The notes: generated from the letters alone by a model not told the origin. Shown: positions 12,368 to 23,836, numbered from the stretch's first letter. The stretch: DNA of 64,000 bases from Candidatus Neomicrothrix sp. UBA2983 (GCA_002346745.1 DEAL01000014.1:5679-69678); one strand, 5' to 3'. Numbers and translations: made by a program.

Positions 12368-12472
12368 ATGCGTCGCCCTGTCTCCACCGGCCTCGCCATG
12401 CTCGCCCTGCTGGCACTCGTGGCCGCCGCCTGCGCCGACGGTTGGCATTCACCCACCACGACGCGACAGTGA
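12368..12472 (+). pseudogene. 34-codon ORF that is essentially only a lipoprotein signal peptide (possible truncated lipoprotein gene)
   Basis: GGAGG lies 7 nt upstream of the ATG. The peptide is MRRPVSTGLAMLALLALVAAAC/ADGWHSPTTTRQ* (lipobox VAAAC). GC3 is high up to the Cys and then collapses, and stops follow quickly in all three frames. Confidence 0.3.
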
Positions 12473-12705
12473 CATCGGTCATGCCGCGTGAGCGGTAGGG
12501 ACTGATCGACACGGTCTTATGTCGACGAGCGACGGGAGGCTGAACGTGCGATCCGACCGGTTCGAGGGACGGTGTCGAGCCCCGCCCAGCGGGTGAGCCT
12601 GAGGCCCCGGTACCGAGCCGGTCCCCTCACGTTCTCGCAACCAACGCCCTGCTGGGCCTTGGAGAACGGCTGACGCGAGACGACTCGATCCACGGTCTCG
12701 AGAAG

Positions 12706-12747
12706 GAAACGGCGTCCTCCCGAACCACCGAGGGGGGGCGCCGTTTC
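12706..12747 (-). terminator. long GC hairpin downstream of the hydrolase gene (terminator-like)
   Basis: GAAACGGCG(12706-12714)/CGCCGTTTC(12739-12747), extended by TCCTCCC/GGGGGGG pairing. Sits 37 nt past the stop at 12784. No clean U-tract follows. Confidence 0.4.
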
Positions 12748-12783
12748 GCGTCCCGGACCCTGAGGCGCGTCCCCGGACCCGGG

Positions 12784-13611
12784 CTAACCGCCCAGATGCT
12801 CGAGGAGCCTCGGGACCAGGTCGGGGAGGCAGGCGTCGGGGACCTCGTGGCCGAGGCCCTCGACCAGCCACAGGTCGGCGCCCGGAATCCCGTCGGCGAG
12901 GGCCAGGCCGTGCTCGACCGGGAACACCGGGTCGGCGGTGCCGTGGACGACGAGCGTCCGCGCCCCGACCTCGCCCAGCCGGTCGAGGCGCGACGGCGAC
13001 GAATTGACGGCCGGACCGTGGCCGGACTCCGGGTACCAGCAGCGGGACACGTCGGCGTCGGCCAGCAACACGGCGGCCTCCTCGTCGAACGGAAAGCGGG
13101 GACCGGCGAACAGACGGTCCAACTCCACCAGCCAGGCCACCCGCTCCACGTGGTCGGCAGGAGACGGCGAGAAGAGCCGCTCGGCCATCCGGTCCACCAG
13201 CCAGTCCACCGGCGGCGGAAGCCGCTCGTCGCCCAGGCCCGGGGTGGTGCAAAGCAGGATCAGCGACCGGACCCGTTCCGGGTGGTCGAGGGCCAGGACC
13301 TGCGCCACCATGCCACCCATCGACCGGCCGACCAGGTGGGCGGACCCGATGTCCTCGCCGTCCAGCACCCCGCAGGCGTCGGCGGCCAGGTCGGCCAGCG
13401 TGTAGCCCACCGACGCCGGCAACTTGCTGGACAGGCCACAGTCCCGGGTGTCGAAACGCACGACCCGATGGCCCGCCTCCAGCAGCGGGTCGAGCAGCGC
13501 CTCCGACCAGCGCGTGCACTGGGTGTCGGCGCCCGACAGCAGCAGCACCGGCTCGCCGTCCTCCGGCCCGAAGGCCTCCACGTACAGCTCGACCGGCGGC
13601 CCGTCACCCAT
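12784..13611 (-). CDS. alpha/beta-fold hydrolase
   Basis: 275 aa from MGDGPPVELYVEAFG. Nucleophile elbow GRSMGG, late His in GLGHEV. The upstream part of track ORF 12784..13809 is shadow. Confidence 0.85.
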   Translation of the reverse strand: MGDGPPVELYVEAFGPEDGEPVLLLSGADTQCTRWSEALLDPLLEAGHRVVRFDTRDCGLSSKLPASVGYTLADLAADACGVLDGEDIGSAHLVGRSMGGMVAQVLALDHPERVRSLILLCTTPGLGDERLPPPVDWLVDRMAERLFSPSPADHVERVAWLVELDRLFAGPRFPFDEEAAVLLADADVSRCWYPESGHGPAVNSSPSRLDRLGEVGARTLVVHGTADPVFPVEHGLALADGIPGADLWLVEGLGHEVPDACLPDLVPRLLEHLGG

Positions 13612-13668
13612 CGGTCGGAGGGTACCCCCAGCCGCCGGTCCGGCACGCCGGGGGCTAGCGTCCTGCAG

Positions 13669-14097
13669 GTGCCTGCGCGCCACCAGCACCCCGTCAAGGT
13701 CCGCTTCTACGAACTCGACCCCTACGGGCACCTCAACCACTCGGTGTACGTGCAGCTGTTCGAGACCGGTCGCATCGAGCTCCTCGACTCGGTGGGACTC
13801 GGCCTCCACGACCTCGAGGAACGGGGCTACCGGTTCGTCGTCTCCCGGATCGAAACGCGGTTCCGGGCCTCAGCGGTGGGCGGCGACGCCCTCGTGATCG
13901 AGACCGAGGTGGTCGAGAACCGGCGAGCCTCGTCCCGCTGGGGGCAACGGATCCTGCGGGGCGACGAGGTCCTCGCCACCCAGGAGGTGCTGGCCGCCGT
14001 GACCGACACCGACGGTCGGCCCGTGCGCTCCCCGGACTTCATGGCCGAGGCGCTTGCGCCATACACGAACGACCCGGACGACGAAGGCGACGCCTGA
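13669..14097 (+). CDS. acyl-CoA thioesterase (4HBT/YbgC hotdog family)
   Basis: 142 aa from GTG (VPARHQHPVKVRFYELDPYGHLNHSVY...). The start is inferred and could shift by a few codons. Confidence 0.75.
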   Translation: MPARHQHPVKVRFYELDPYGHLNHSVYVQLFETGRIELLDSVGLGLHDLEERGYRFVVSRIETRFRASAVGGDALVIETEVVENRRASSRWGQRILRGDEVLATQEVLAAVTDTDGRPVRSPDFMAEALAPYTNDPDDEGDA

Positions 14098-15005
14098 TGG
14101 TCGGCGGCGGGAAGAGGGCGGCACGGGTCGCCCAGGGCGCCCTCATGGGTGCCGCCAACACCGTGCCCGGGGTGTCGGGCGGGACCCTCGCCCTCATGTT
14201 CGGGATCTACGAGCGTCTCATCGGTGCCATCCGGGACGGCGCCCGGGCGGTGCTCCGGTTCGTCCGGGGCGACCTCCGAGGCGGGCTGGCCGGACTGCGG
14301 GCCGTCGACTGGGCGCTCCTGCTTCCCCTCGCCGCCGGCGCATTCCTCACGGTTGTGCTGCTGGCCGGCCTCCTCGAGACCGGTCTCGAAGAGCACCCCG
14401 AAGCGATGGCCGGGCTGTTCCTCGGCCTGGTGGTGGCCTCGATCGTCGTTTCCTGGCGGCTCCCCGACTGGGACCCGGCCCGACTGGCGCTGATGTCGGT
14501 CGTCGGCGTCGGCGTGTTCGCCGCCCTCGGCTGGCAGTCGGGCCCGGTCGGCGACCCGTCGCCGCCGCTGCTGTTCGCGGCCGGGGCAATCGCCATCTGC
14601 GCCATGATCCTGCCCGGCCTGTCGGGGTCGTTCCTGCTGCTCATGTTCGGCATGTACGAGGCGGTGCTGGAGGTGATCGACGACCGTCTGCTCGTCGACG
14701 CCGCCATCTTCGGCGTGGGCGCAGTCCTGGGGCTGGCCCTGTTCGCCTCCCTGCTGACCCGCCTGCTCGAACGGCACCACGACACGATACTGGTGGTGCT
14801 GATCGGCCTCATGGTCGGGTCACTGCGGGTGCTGTGGCCGTGGCCCAACGGCGTGGGCGTCATCGGCGACACGGCCGACACCTCGATCTCGGGCACCGGC
14901 CTCGACTGGCCGCCCGCCGGCGACCTGTCCGCCCCGCTGCTGCTGGCCGCCGCCGCCTTCGGCGTCGTCCTCGCCGTCGACCGCTTCGCCCGCTCCCGAG
15001 CCTGA
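14097..15005 (+). CDS. DUF368 family membrane protein
   Basis: 302 aa. Has the duplicated signature PGVSGGTLALMFG and LPGLSGSFLLLMFG and is multi-TM. Its ATG overlaps the upstream TGA (TGATG). Confidence 0.85.
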   Translation: MVGGGKRAARVAQGALMGAANTVPGVSGGTLALMFGIYERLIGAIRDGARAVLRFVRGDLRGGLAGLRAVDWALLLPLAAGAFLTVVLLAGLLETGLEEHPEAMAGLFLGLVVASIVVSWRLPDWDPARLALMSVVGVGVFAALGWQSGPVGDPSPPLLFAAGAIAICAMILPGLSGSFLLLMFGMYEAVLEVIDDRLLVDAAIFGVGAVLGLALFASLLTRLLERHHDTILVVLIGLMVGSLRVLWPWPNGVGVIGDTADTSISGTGLDWPPAGDLSAPLLLAAAAFGVVLAVDRFARSRA

Positions 15006-15007
15006 GG

Positions 15008-15937
15008 TCAGGAGGGCTGGTTGAGTTCCAGCCAGGCGTGGCCCCGGCGACCGTCGGCGGCGGTCACCGCAACCAGGCCACGGGGGAACCGGGACTCCCG
15101 GCCGTCGTCGGGGTGCGTGAGCAGCACCGGCGCCCAGGCAACGGGCTCGACCTCAAGACACAGGTCGCCCAACTCGAGGGTCCCCGCCGTCGGGATCCCC
15201 TCCGGGCCGAGCACCGGGGACGAGACGACCCCGTACTCGGGCACCAGGCCGTCCGGCGACGACCGGTAGCCGATCCCTCCGCCGCGGCCCACCACCTGCA
15301 CGGCGTGGAACCGCTCACCGTCCTCGAGCCGGCCCGAACACCAGGTCCAGCCGTCTGCCCACCAGTCCCGAACACCCCACGAGTGGTCCCGCTGCCCCCA
15401 GCCGTCGAGGTCGATACGTCGGTCGCCGACCAGAACCTCGCCGGCGACCCGGCACGGGACCTCGTAGCGGGTGGCGACCCCGTAGTGGAACGCCCACAGG
15501 TCGCCGGTGTCGGGTCCGTCGGTCTCCCAGCCCAGGTCCAGGCCGACCGGGATCCGGTCGCCGAGCAGGCCCGCCGGGCCGGACCGGTAGGCCTCAGCCG
15601 GGTCGTCGACGGCCACCCCGAACGCCTCGACGCCGACGCTGAAGTGGTCCAGCGGTGCCTCCACGACCAGGTCGGCCCAGAGGCCGGGGGCCCGGACCTC
15701 GAGGCCCGGCTCACGCGGTAGCGGCGCCTCCTGGTCGACCACGAACACCGTCGGCCCGTCCGCCTCGACGAGGCAGCACCAGAACCAGGACACCCCGAGT
15801 TCCGGATAGAGGCCGAGGCGGACGTAGCCACCTCCGCGGCCCTCGGGGTCGAACCAGTCCAGGTAGTACGACTCGTTCCAGAGCCGCTCGCCGTCCGACT
15901 CGTGGCGGCGCTCGGCGGCGGGGGGGACGTCGTGCAC
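15008..15937 (-). CDS. hypothetical protein (Trp/Gly-rich, probably beta-rich), last gene of the swivel-domain operon
   Basis: 309 aa from GTG (VHDVPPAAERRHESDGERLWNESYYLDWFDPEG...). Good GC3. Starts 3 nt after the stop of 15941..17056. I cannot confidently assign a family. Confidence 0.7.
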   Translation of the reverse strand: MHDVPPAAERRHESDGERLWNESYYLDWFDPEGRGGGYVRLGLYPELGVSWFWCCLVEADGPTVFVVDQEAPLPREPGLEVRAPGLWADLVVEAPLDHFSVGVEAFGVAVDDPAEAYRSGPAGLLGDRIPVGLDLGWETDGPDTGDLWAFHYGVATRYEVPCRVAGEVLVGDRRIDLDGWGQRDHSWGVRDWWADGWTWCSGRLEDGERFHAVQVVGRGGGIGYRSSPDGLVPEYGVVSSPVLGPEGIPTAGTLELGDLCLEVEPVAWAPVLLTHPDDGRESRFPRGLVAVTAADGRRGHAWLELNQPS

Positions 15938-15940
15938 CGG

Positions 15941-17056
15941 CTAGGCCTCCCCGTAGGGCGCGTACAGGTCGGCGTCGGTGTCCCGCTCCGGTGGCTCGAC
16001 GTCGGCGGTGACCAGTGGGTAGAGGTCGGCCGGGGTGTCGCGGGGGCACGTCCAGTCGATGTCGCCGGCCACGCCGGCGATCTCGGCGAACGGCCGCAGG
16101 AAGGTGAAGTACACGTACGCCCCGCAGGCGATCTGCTCGTCCCGGTCCATGCCGACGATGGCCCGGTAGTGGGCCTTCTGGGCGGCGCGCGCGGCGTCGG
16201 CGGTGGCCGCCAGGCCGGCGTCGTCGACCGGGTCCAGCCCGCCACCGTCGGTCGTCCAGAGGGCGAATCCGACCAGGTGCTCCAGGTAGTCCTCGGGATC
16301 GCCGACCGTGGTGCCGTAGTCGGTGACCGTCAGGTCGACGTCATCGTCGAACGCCAGCACGGCTGTCAGGCCCGAGTGCGGCACGCCGCCCGCCACGTCG
16401 GACCACCAGAAGTCGCTGCGGCCGAGGCGGAAGAAGTCCCGGACGACGACCTGCCGGCCGTCGGCCAGCCGGTACGGGCCGGTGTCGCCATGGCCAACCC
16501 GCGTATCGAAGTACAGCAGGAACAGGTGGCTCACGAGCGTGGAGAGGTGCCGGCGCAGATCGGCCCGCCGGTCGTCGTCGACCGGCGTCAGGCCGGCCGC
16601 CAGTGCCTCGACCGTCGCCGGGTCGAACGCCTCGATCCGGTTGCCGGCGTCTGCCGCATGGAGCAGGCCGCTGCCCCGGTACGTCTGCGACGTGCGCGCC
16701 CAGAAGTCCAGCACCGTGTGGGTGCGCCCCACGGCGTCCAGCGACGGGTCCACCATCGCCATCACGTTGCGGCCGATCAGGAAGAAGTTGGCGACGCCCC
16801 AGAGGAACACCGAGTCGGCCTGGCAGCCGGGCCGGCGGGCCCGCGCCCCGACCTCCTCGGGAGGCATGGCGGCCGTGATCGCCCCGATGGCCTCCGGGTA
16901 GCGCAGGAACGCCTCGATGCACGAGACGACCACGTACTGCTGGACCGGGATCAGTTGCGAGGAATAGGCGGTGCGCTCGTGGACCAGCACCTTCGAAACC
17001 CGGTTGACCTCGGCCAGCAGCGCATTCACGCGCTGGCGCTGCCCGGCCTCGCTCAC
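15941..17056 (-). CDS. hypothetical protein, middle gene of the swivel-domain operon
   Basis: 371 aa from a GTG that overlaps the upstream stop (GTGA at 17053-17056): VSEAGQRQRVNALLAEVNRVSKVLVHERTAY... The Arg/Gly-rich N-terminal 95 aa of track ORF 15941..17341 is a different-frame overlap with the swivel gene and is not coding. I recognised no motif. Confidence 0.65.
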   Translation of the reverse strand: MSEAGQRQRVNALLAEVNRVSKVLVHERTAYSSQLIPVQQYVVVSCIEAFLRYPEAIGAITAAMPPEEVGARARRPGCQADSVFLWGVANFFLIGRNVMAMVDPSLDAVGRTHTVLDFWARTSQTYRGSGLLHAADAGNRIEAFDPATVEALAAGLTPVDDDRRADLRRHLSTLVSHLFLLYFDTRVGHGDTGPYRLADGRQVVVRDFFRLGRSDFWWSDVAGGVPHSGLTAVLAFDDDVDLTVTDYGTTVGDPEDYLEHLVGFALWTTDGGGLDPVDDAGLAATADAARAAQKAHYRAIVGMDRDEQIACGAYVYFTFLRPFAEIAGVAGDIDWTCPRDTPADLYPLVTADVEPPERDTDADLYAPYGEA

Positions 17057-17397
17057 GGCTCGGTCCGGGTGACGGTCCCAGTGGCCCCGTCGAGTTCGAC
17101 AAGGGTCCCGTCCGGCGGCTCCGACGACAGGTCGGCGGCGATCACGCCCGGCACCCGGAACTCCCGGCTGACGATGCCGATGTGGCTGCGGATCGTGCCG
17201 CCCGTGCACACCACGCCGGCCAGCTCGTCGAAGATCGGTGACAGGAAGGTCGCCCCGGCGTCCCGGATCACCGCCACGATCCCCTCGGCGCCACGGTCCA
17301 TCAGGTCCAGCACGTCGCCGGGCCCCTCGAGGCGTCGCCACGTCCCCCGGGCGGTGCCGAACTCGTAGGTGGGGTCGCCGCGTCCGATCTGCTCCAC
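17053..17397 (-). CDS. stand-alone PEP-utilizing-enzyme mobile (swivel, phosphohistidine) domain protein
   Basis: 114 aa. GIVAVIRDAGATFLSPIFDELAGVVCTGGTIRSHIGIVSREFRVPGVI resembles the GGxxSHxAIvAREyGiP phospho-His loop of PEP synthase, PPDK and rifampin phosphotransferase. Confidence 0.8.
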   Translation of the reverse strand: MEQIGRGDPTYEFGTARGTWRRLEGPGDVLDLMDRGAEGIVAVIRDAGATFLSPIFDELAGVVCTGGTIRSHIGIVSREFRVPGVIAADLSSEPPDGTLVELDGATGTVTRTEP

Positions 17398-17471
17398 GGC
17401 CGGGACGGTAGCCCTGACCCGGGCCGGCGGTCCGAGCCGGGTGGCCGTCGGCCGGTGCCTAGGCTGCCGCC

Positions 17472-17858
17472 GTGGCCGCCCCCGAACCGCTCAGCGACGA
17501 CTGGATCGCCGCCCTGGATGAGGCCGTCCGCGTCCTGCGACTGGACGGTCCGGACCCCTCACTCCGTCTCGAGTACCGCGTCGCGGACGGGCCGACATGG
17601 CACGTGGCGATCGACGGCGACGGGGCCCGCGTGCACCCCGGCCCGGCGGACGGCGCCGATGTCTCGTTCTCGACGGACCGGGCGACGGCCCTGGCCTTCG
17701 CGGCCGGCGACCTGGACCCGCTCGACGCGGTCATCACCGGCGACCTCTCGATCGGCGGCGACCCGCGCCGGCTGGTCGAGCATCAGGGGTTGCTGGACGA
17801 CCTCAGCGGCCTGTTCGCCGGACTGTTCGCCGGCAGCCGCGGGACGGACCCCGGCTAG
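17472..17858 (+). CDS. SCP2 sterol/lipid-binding domain protein
   Basis: 128 aa. [37 protein letters not shown] is the typical SCP2 C-terminal pattern. Confidence 0.75.
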   Translation: MAAPEPLSDDWIAALDEAVRVLRLDGPDPSLRLEYRVADGPTWHVAIDGDGARVHPGPADGADVSFSTDRATALAFAAGDLDPLDAVITGDLSIGGDPRRLVEHQGLLDDLSGLFAGLFAGSRGTDPG

Positions 17859-18844
17859 ATCAGGCCCAGCTCCCGGACGGTGTCGCGCTCCTCGGCCAGT
17901 TCCGCCGCCGAGGCGTCGATCCGGGCACGCGAGAAGTCGTCGATCTCGAGGCCCTGCACGATCGACCACTCGCCGTCGGCGCAGGTCATCGGGAACGAGG
18001 ACATGAGGCCCTCGGGCACGCCGTAGCTGCCGTCGGACGGGACCGCCATCGACACCCAGTCGCCGTCCGGCGTGCCGAGCACCCAGTCGTGGACGTGGTC
18101 GACGGCGGCGTTGGCGGCCGAGGCGGCGCTCGAGGCGCCACGGGCCTCGATGATGGCGGCACCACGCTGCTGGACGGTCGGGATGAAGTCGCCCTCCAGC
18201 CATGCCTGGTCGTCGATCGCCGCCGCGGCGGACCGACCGCCCACCTCGCAGCGGAACAGGTCCGGGTACTGGGTGGCGGAGTGGTTGCCCCAGATCGTCA
18301 TCTTCCGAACGTCGGCGACGGGCACGCCGAGCTTCTGGGCCACCTGCGTGAGCGCACGGTTGTGGTCGAGGCGGGTCATCGCCGTGAACCGCTCGTTCGG
18401 CACGTCCGGGGCGTTGTGCATGGCAATGAGGGCGTTGGTGTTGGCCGGGTTGCCGACCACGAGCACGCGCAGGTCGTCGTCGGCGTGGTCGTTGAGGGCC
18501 CTGCCCTGGACGGTGAAGATGGCGCCGTTGGCCTCGAGGAGGTCCTTGCGCTCCATGCCCTTGGTGCGGGGGCGGGAGCCGACCAGCAGCGCCACGCCGG
18601 CCCCGTCGAACGCCGTGTTCGGATCGTCGCTCAGGACCATCGAGTCCACCAGCGGGAAGGCACAGTCGTCGATCTCCATGGCGACACCCTCGAGGGCGCC
18701 CATGGCCGGCGGGATCTCCAGCAGTTGCAGGATCACGGGCTGGTCGGGGCCGAGCAGCTGGCCGCTGGCGATGCGGAAGACGAGGCTGTAGCCGATCTGG
18801 CCGGCGGCTCCGGTGACGGCGACTCGGACGGGGGTGGCGCTCAC
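17855..18844 (-). CDS. mdh: malate dehydrogenase
   Basis: 329 aa. [43 protein letters not shown]. Confidence 0.95.
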   Translation of the reverse strand: MSATPVRVAVTGAAGQIGYSLVFRIASGQLLGPDQPVILQLLEIPPAMGALEGVAMEIDDCAFPLVDSMVLSDDPNTAFDGAGVALLVGSRPRTKGMERKDLLEANGAIFTVQGRALNDHADDDLRVLVVGNPANTNALIAMHNAPDVPNERFTAMTRLDHNRALTQVAQKLGVPVADVRKMTIWGNHSATQYPDLFRCEVGGRSAAAAIDDQAWLEGDFIPTVQQRGAAIIEARGASSAASAANAAVDHVHDWVLGTPDGDWVSMAVPSDGSYGVPEGLMSSFPMTCADGEWSIVQGLEIDDFSRARIDASAAELAEERDTVRELGLI

Positions 18845-18880
18845 GTGGGCTCCTGAACACTCGAGGGGTACCCGCCGAGG

Positions 18881-20830
18881 CTACCGACGGCCCCGCCGGG
18901 CCTCCCAGCCAGCGGGGGATGACGTTCGTCGCCGGGTCGGGGCGACGGCCGCTAAGCCGGCGCGCGTGGCGCCCTGCCAGGAGGCGTGGAGGCCCGTGTA
19001 GACCCCGCCGGCGGTCGCCAGGTCGGCGTGACGGCCCCGCTCGACGATCCGGCCGTCATCGAAGACGAGGACCAGGTCGGCCCGCTCGGCGGTCGAGAGC
19101 CGATGGGCGATGCTGATCGTCGTCCGGCCCTCCGAGAGCCGGGCCAGGGCGACCTCGAGTGCCTGCTCGGTCTCCGGGTCGACCGCCGACGTGGCCTCGT
19201 CGAGGATGAGGAGCCCGGGGTCGGCCAGATGGGCACGGGCGAGCGCCACGAGCTGGCGTTCGCCGACCGACAGCGATTCGCCCCGCTCGCCGACCGGCGT
19301 GTCGATTCCGGCCGGGAGCGTGGCCACCCAGTCCTCGAGCCCCAGGGCGGCGATGGCGGCGGCGGCGTCCCCTGGTGTGGCGTCGGGCCGCCCATACCGG
19401 ATGTTCTCCCCGACGGTGGCGTCGAACAGGAAGCCGTCCTGGGGCACCATGCGCACCACCGACCGGCGGACGACGGGGTCGACCTCCCGGAGGTCGGTAC
19501 CGCCGACGAGCATCCGTCCGGCGGTCGGATCGGCCAGGCGCGCCACCAGCTTGGCGAACGTGGTCTTGCCGGAGCCGGTCTCGCCGACCACCGCAACCGA
19601 GGCACCGACGGGAATGTCGACGTCGATGCCGTGCAGCACCCGCTCCCCCTCGCGGTACCGGAACTCCACCGCCTCGGCCCGGACCTCGAGCGGCCCGGCG
19701 GGCAGCCGACGGCCGTCGACCGGTTCGACGACGTCGGGCTCGATGTCGAGTACGTCGAGGATCTTCCACCAGCCAGCGAGGGCGGTCTGGGTCTGGTCCA
19801 GCACCTCGCCGATCACGGTGATCGGCGCCACCAGCAGGTTGGCGAGGAACACGAACGCCACCAGTTCGCCGGCGCTGACCCCCCAGGCGTCGCCCCACCA
19901 CACGCCCGAGGCGACCACCGTGGCGATGGCGGCCAGGCCGACGACGTCGGTGAGTGGGAGGACCAACGAGAAGTAGCGCATCGCCCGCATCTGCTGGCGG
20001 TACTGCCGGTCGACCGCCCCGTGCAGCCCCGCCCTTGTGGTCTCCCGCTGTCCGTAGCCGCGGACCACGTCCATGCCCAGCACCGCTTCGGAGATCTGGG
20101 CCAGCGTCTCCGACACCCGGGTCCGGAGGCGGTCGTAGGCCCGCAGCTGGCCGCGCTGAACGGCCCGCAGCACCGGCAGCAGCGGCACGTGGACTGCCAG
20201 CGTGACCGCCGCCAGCTGCCACGAGAACACGAACATGATCGCCAGCACGGCCACGATCTGGATGCTGCTGATGATCCAGGCGACCGCCCCCCACTGGGCG
20301 AACTTGTTGAGGGCCTCCACGTCGCTGGTGACCCGGGCGGTGAGCGCCCCCTTCCGGGCCGCGGTGTGCTCGGCGAGGCTGAGCCGGTGCAGGTGGGCGA
20401 ACGTGCGGACCCGCAGCCCGTAGAGCACATCCTCGGCGGTGCGGGCCAGCCGCAGGTACGTGGAGCGCTCGAGGGCGATGCCGAGTGACACCAGGCCGGC
20501 GGCCACGCCGGTGAGGAGCAGCACCAGCCCGAGGCGGACGTCGTCGCCGAGGAGGCCCCGGTCCAGGACCGCCTGGATGGTCAGCGGGACGAGTAGCTTG
20601 CCGGCGGCCACCGCCAGCGCCATGAGGACGGTCAGCAGCAGGCCGGCCCGCAGCTCGGGCGACGCCGCCAGGCCGCGGCGCAGGACCGCCAACGATCCGG
20701 CCCCCTCGATGTCCTGGAGGAGCCGGACCTCGCCCTCATCGCCAGCGACGGCCTCGTGGTCCTCCCAGGGCCCGCCGGCCTCGACGCCGGCGTCCTCGCC
20801 CGGGAACGGGGTCGGGGGTCGGTCCGTCAC
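18881..20830 (-). CDS. ABC exporter, fused permease/ATPase subunit
   Basis: 649 aa. A six-TM N-terminal half, then GETGSGKTT, LSVGERQLVALAR and LILDEATSAVD. Its start overlaps the upstream stop (GTGA). Confidence 0.9.
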   Translation of the reverse strand: MTDRPPTPFPGEDAGVEAGGPWEDHEAVAGDEGEVRLLQDIEGAGSLAVLRRGLAASPELRAGLLLTVLMALAVAAGKLLVPLTIQAVLDRGLLGDDVRLGLVLLLTGVAAGLVSLGIALERSTYLRLARTAEDVLYGLRVRTFAHLHRLSLAEHTAARKGALTARVTSDVEALNKFAQWGAVAWIISSIQIVAVLAIMFVFSWQLAAVTLAVHVPLLPVLRAVQRGQLRAYDRLRTRVSETLAQISEAVLGMDVVRGYGQRETTRAGLHGAVDRQYRQQMRAMRYFSLVLPLTDVVGLAAIATVVASGVWWGDAWGVSAGELVAFVFLANLLVAPITVIGEVLDQTQTALAGWWKILDVLDIEPDVVEPVDGRRLPAGPLEVRAEAVEFRYREGERVLHGIDVDIPVGASVAVVGETGSGKTTFAKLVARLADPTAGRMLVGGTDLREVDPVVRRSVVRMVPQDGFLFDATVGENIRYGRPDATPGDAAAAIAALGLEDWVATLPAGIDTPVGERGESLSVGERQLVALARAHLADPGLLILDEATSAVDPETEQALEVALARLSEGRTTISIAHRLSTAERADLVLVFDDGRIVERGRHADLATAGGVYTGLHASWQGATRAGLAAVAPTRRRTSSPAGWEARRGRR

Positions 20831-22594
20831 GCGGCGGTCCCCTCGTAGGCGCGGACCAGGGCCGCGTAGGCGGGGATCCCCAGGAGCTCGTCGTGGGGGC
20901 CCTCGGCGGCAATGCGCCCGTCCTCGAGGAACAGCACCCGGTCGGCGAGGCGGATCGTCGCCAGCCGGTGGGCGACAACCAGCAGCGTGTGGCCCTCCTG
21001 GCGGCGCAGGTTGCCGAGGATCTCCGCCTCGACGACGGGGTCGACGGCCGAGGTGGCGTCGTCGAGGAGGAGCACCCGGGGACGCCGCAGGAGGGCGCGT
21101 GCAAGGGCGAGTCGCTGGCGCTGTCCGCCCGACAGCGTGACGCCGCGCTCGCCGACGACGGTTTCGAGGCCGCCGGGCAGGTGGTCGACGAAGTCGGCGG
21201 CAGCCACCTGCCGGAGCACCCGACGGACCTCGTCGTCGTCGACCTCCCGGTCGAGGACCAGGTTCCGGCGGACGGTGTCGGCGAACAGGAACGTCTCCTG
21301 GAACACCGGGGCGACCACGTCCGGCACCCCGTCGGCGCCCAGGTCGGCGACGTCGACGCCGCCGAGGGCGATGTGGCCACCGGTCACCGGCATCAGGCCC
21401 GCCATCAGGTCGAAGAGGGTGCTCTTGCCGGATCCGGTCGCACCGACGAGGGCCACCGACTCACCGGCGGCGACGTCGGCGCTGAGCCCGTCGAGGACCG
21501 GTGTGCCGTCCTCGTAGGCGAACACCACGGCGTCGAAGCGGACGCCGACGCCGGCGGGCACCGCGGGCGGATCTGACGGACGGTCCTCGACCTCCGACCC
21601 GAGGACCTCGTCGATGCGGTCCATCGCCACCACCGACCGGGGCATCTCCTGGAAGAGGAACCCGAGGATCTCCATGGGCGCGGCCAGCAGGTTGAACAGG
21701 GCCATCGACCGGACCACGTCGCCGACGGTGACGGTGCCGGCGTCAACGAGCAGCGCACCCAGGAGGAGGAGCACCATGATCCCGAGGTTCGGGAGGGCGT
21801 AGACCCAGGGCAGGAACACCGCCCGCAGCCGACCGATCTCGATGCGTTCCCGCCGGAGCAGGTCGGAGGCCTCGGCCAGGCGCTCGACCTCGTCGGCCTC
21901 GCGGCCCAGGGTCTTGACGACGAGGATGCCGTCGAGGCTCTCGTGGGCGATCCCGGACACGACCCCGACCCACTCCTGGGCCCGTGCGGCCGGGGCCTCG
22001 ACGGCCCGGGTGTAGCGCTGGTTGATGACAGCCAGGGTCGGGAACAGCACGAGCGCCACCAGGACGAACCACGGATGGACCAGCAGGAGGCTGACCAGCG
22101 ACACGACGACCAGTGCCACGACCGACATGGAGAACGCCAGCGGCATCAGCATCGACGAGGCGGTCTCGACGTCGGCGTCGGCGTGGGCGAGGAGGCGCCC
22201 CGCCGGCCGAGACCGGTAGAACGCCAGCGGGGTGTCGAGGTAGCGGTCGAGGATGGCGAGCCGCCACGTCCGCTGCGTCCGGGCGACGGCGGTGAAGTTG
22301 AAGAACCGACGCACCATCATCGACACGCCACGCACCACGCCGACCAGGGCGATCGCGACGGCACCGGCCAGGGCCGTGCCACGGTCGACGCCACCGCCGT
22401 CGAGGCCGGGGACGATCAGCTCGTCGGTGACCCGACCCAGGACGACCGTGTACCCGACGACGGCCACGGCAAACACATTGGCTCCCGTGATGCCGAGCAG
22501 GTGCGGCAGGGGGTGGGCGCGGAAGGACCGGACGATGAGCCGGCCCCCGCGCCGGAAGACCCCGTCCGCCTCCGGTGGCGCCGGGGGCGGGTCG

Positions 22595-22608
<14 letters not shown>
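20827..22608 (-). CDS. ABC exporter, fused permease/ATPase subunit (partner of 18881..20830)
   Basis: 593 aa. [33 protein letters not shown]. The only in-frame start is a TTG at 22608, which overlaps the icd stop by 14 nt. Confidence 0.85.
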
Positions 22609-23791
<1,183 letters not shown>

Positions 23792-23836
23792 GCCGTCGAC
23801 CCTATCCAGCGCCGGCCCGCAGCGGCGAAGTCGCGT

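Noticed and set aside
12473-12705. Possible housekeeping ncRNA (RNase P RNA, SRP RNA, tmRNA, 6C RNA or a riboswitch) in the lower-GC spacer
   Set aside because: I found none of the conserved signature sequences I know for these RNAs. No downstream gene is oriented to be controlled by a leader here. The region is left as an open question in the findings.
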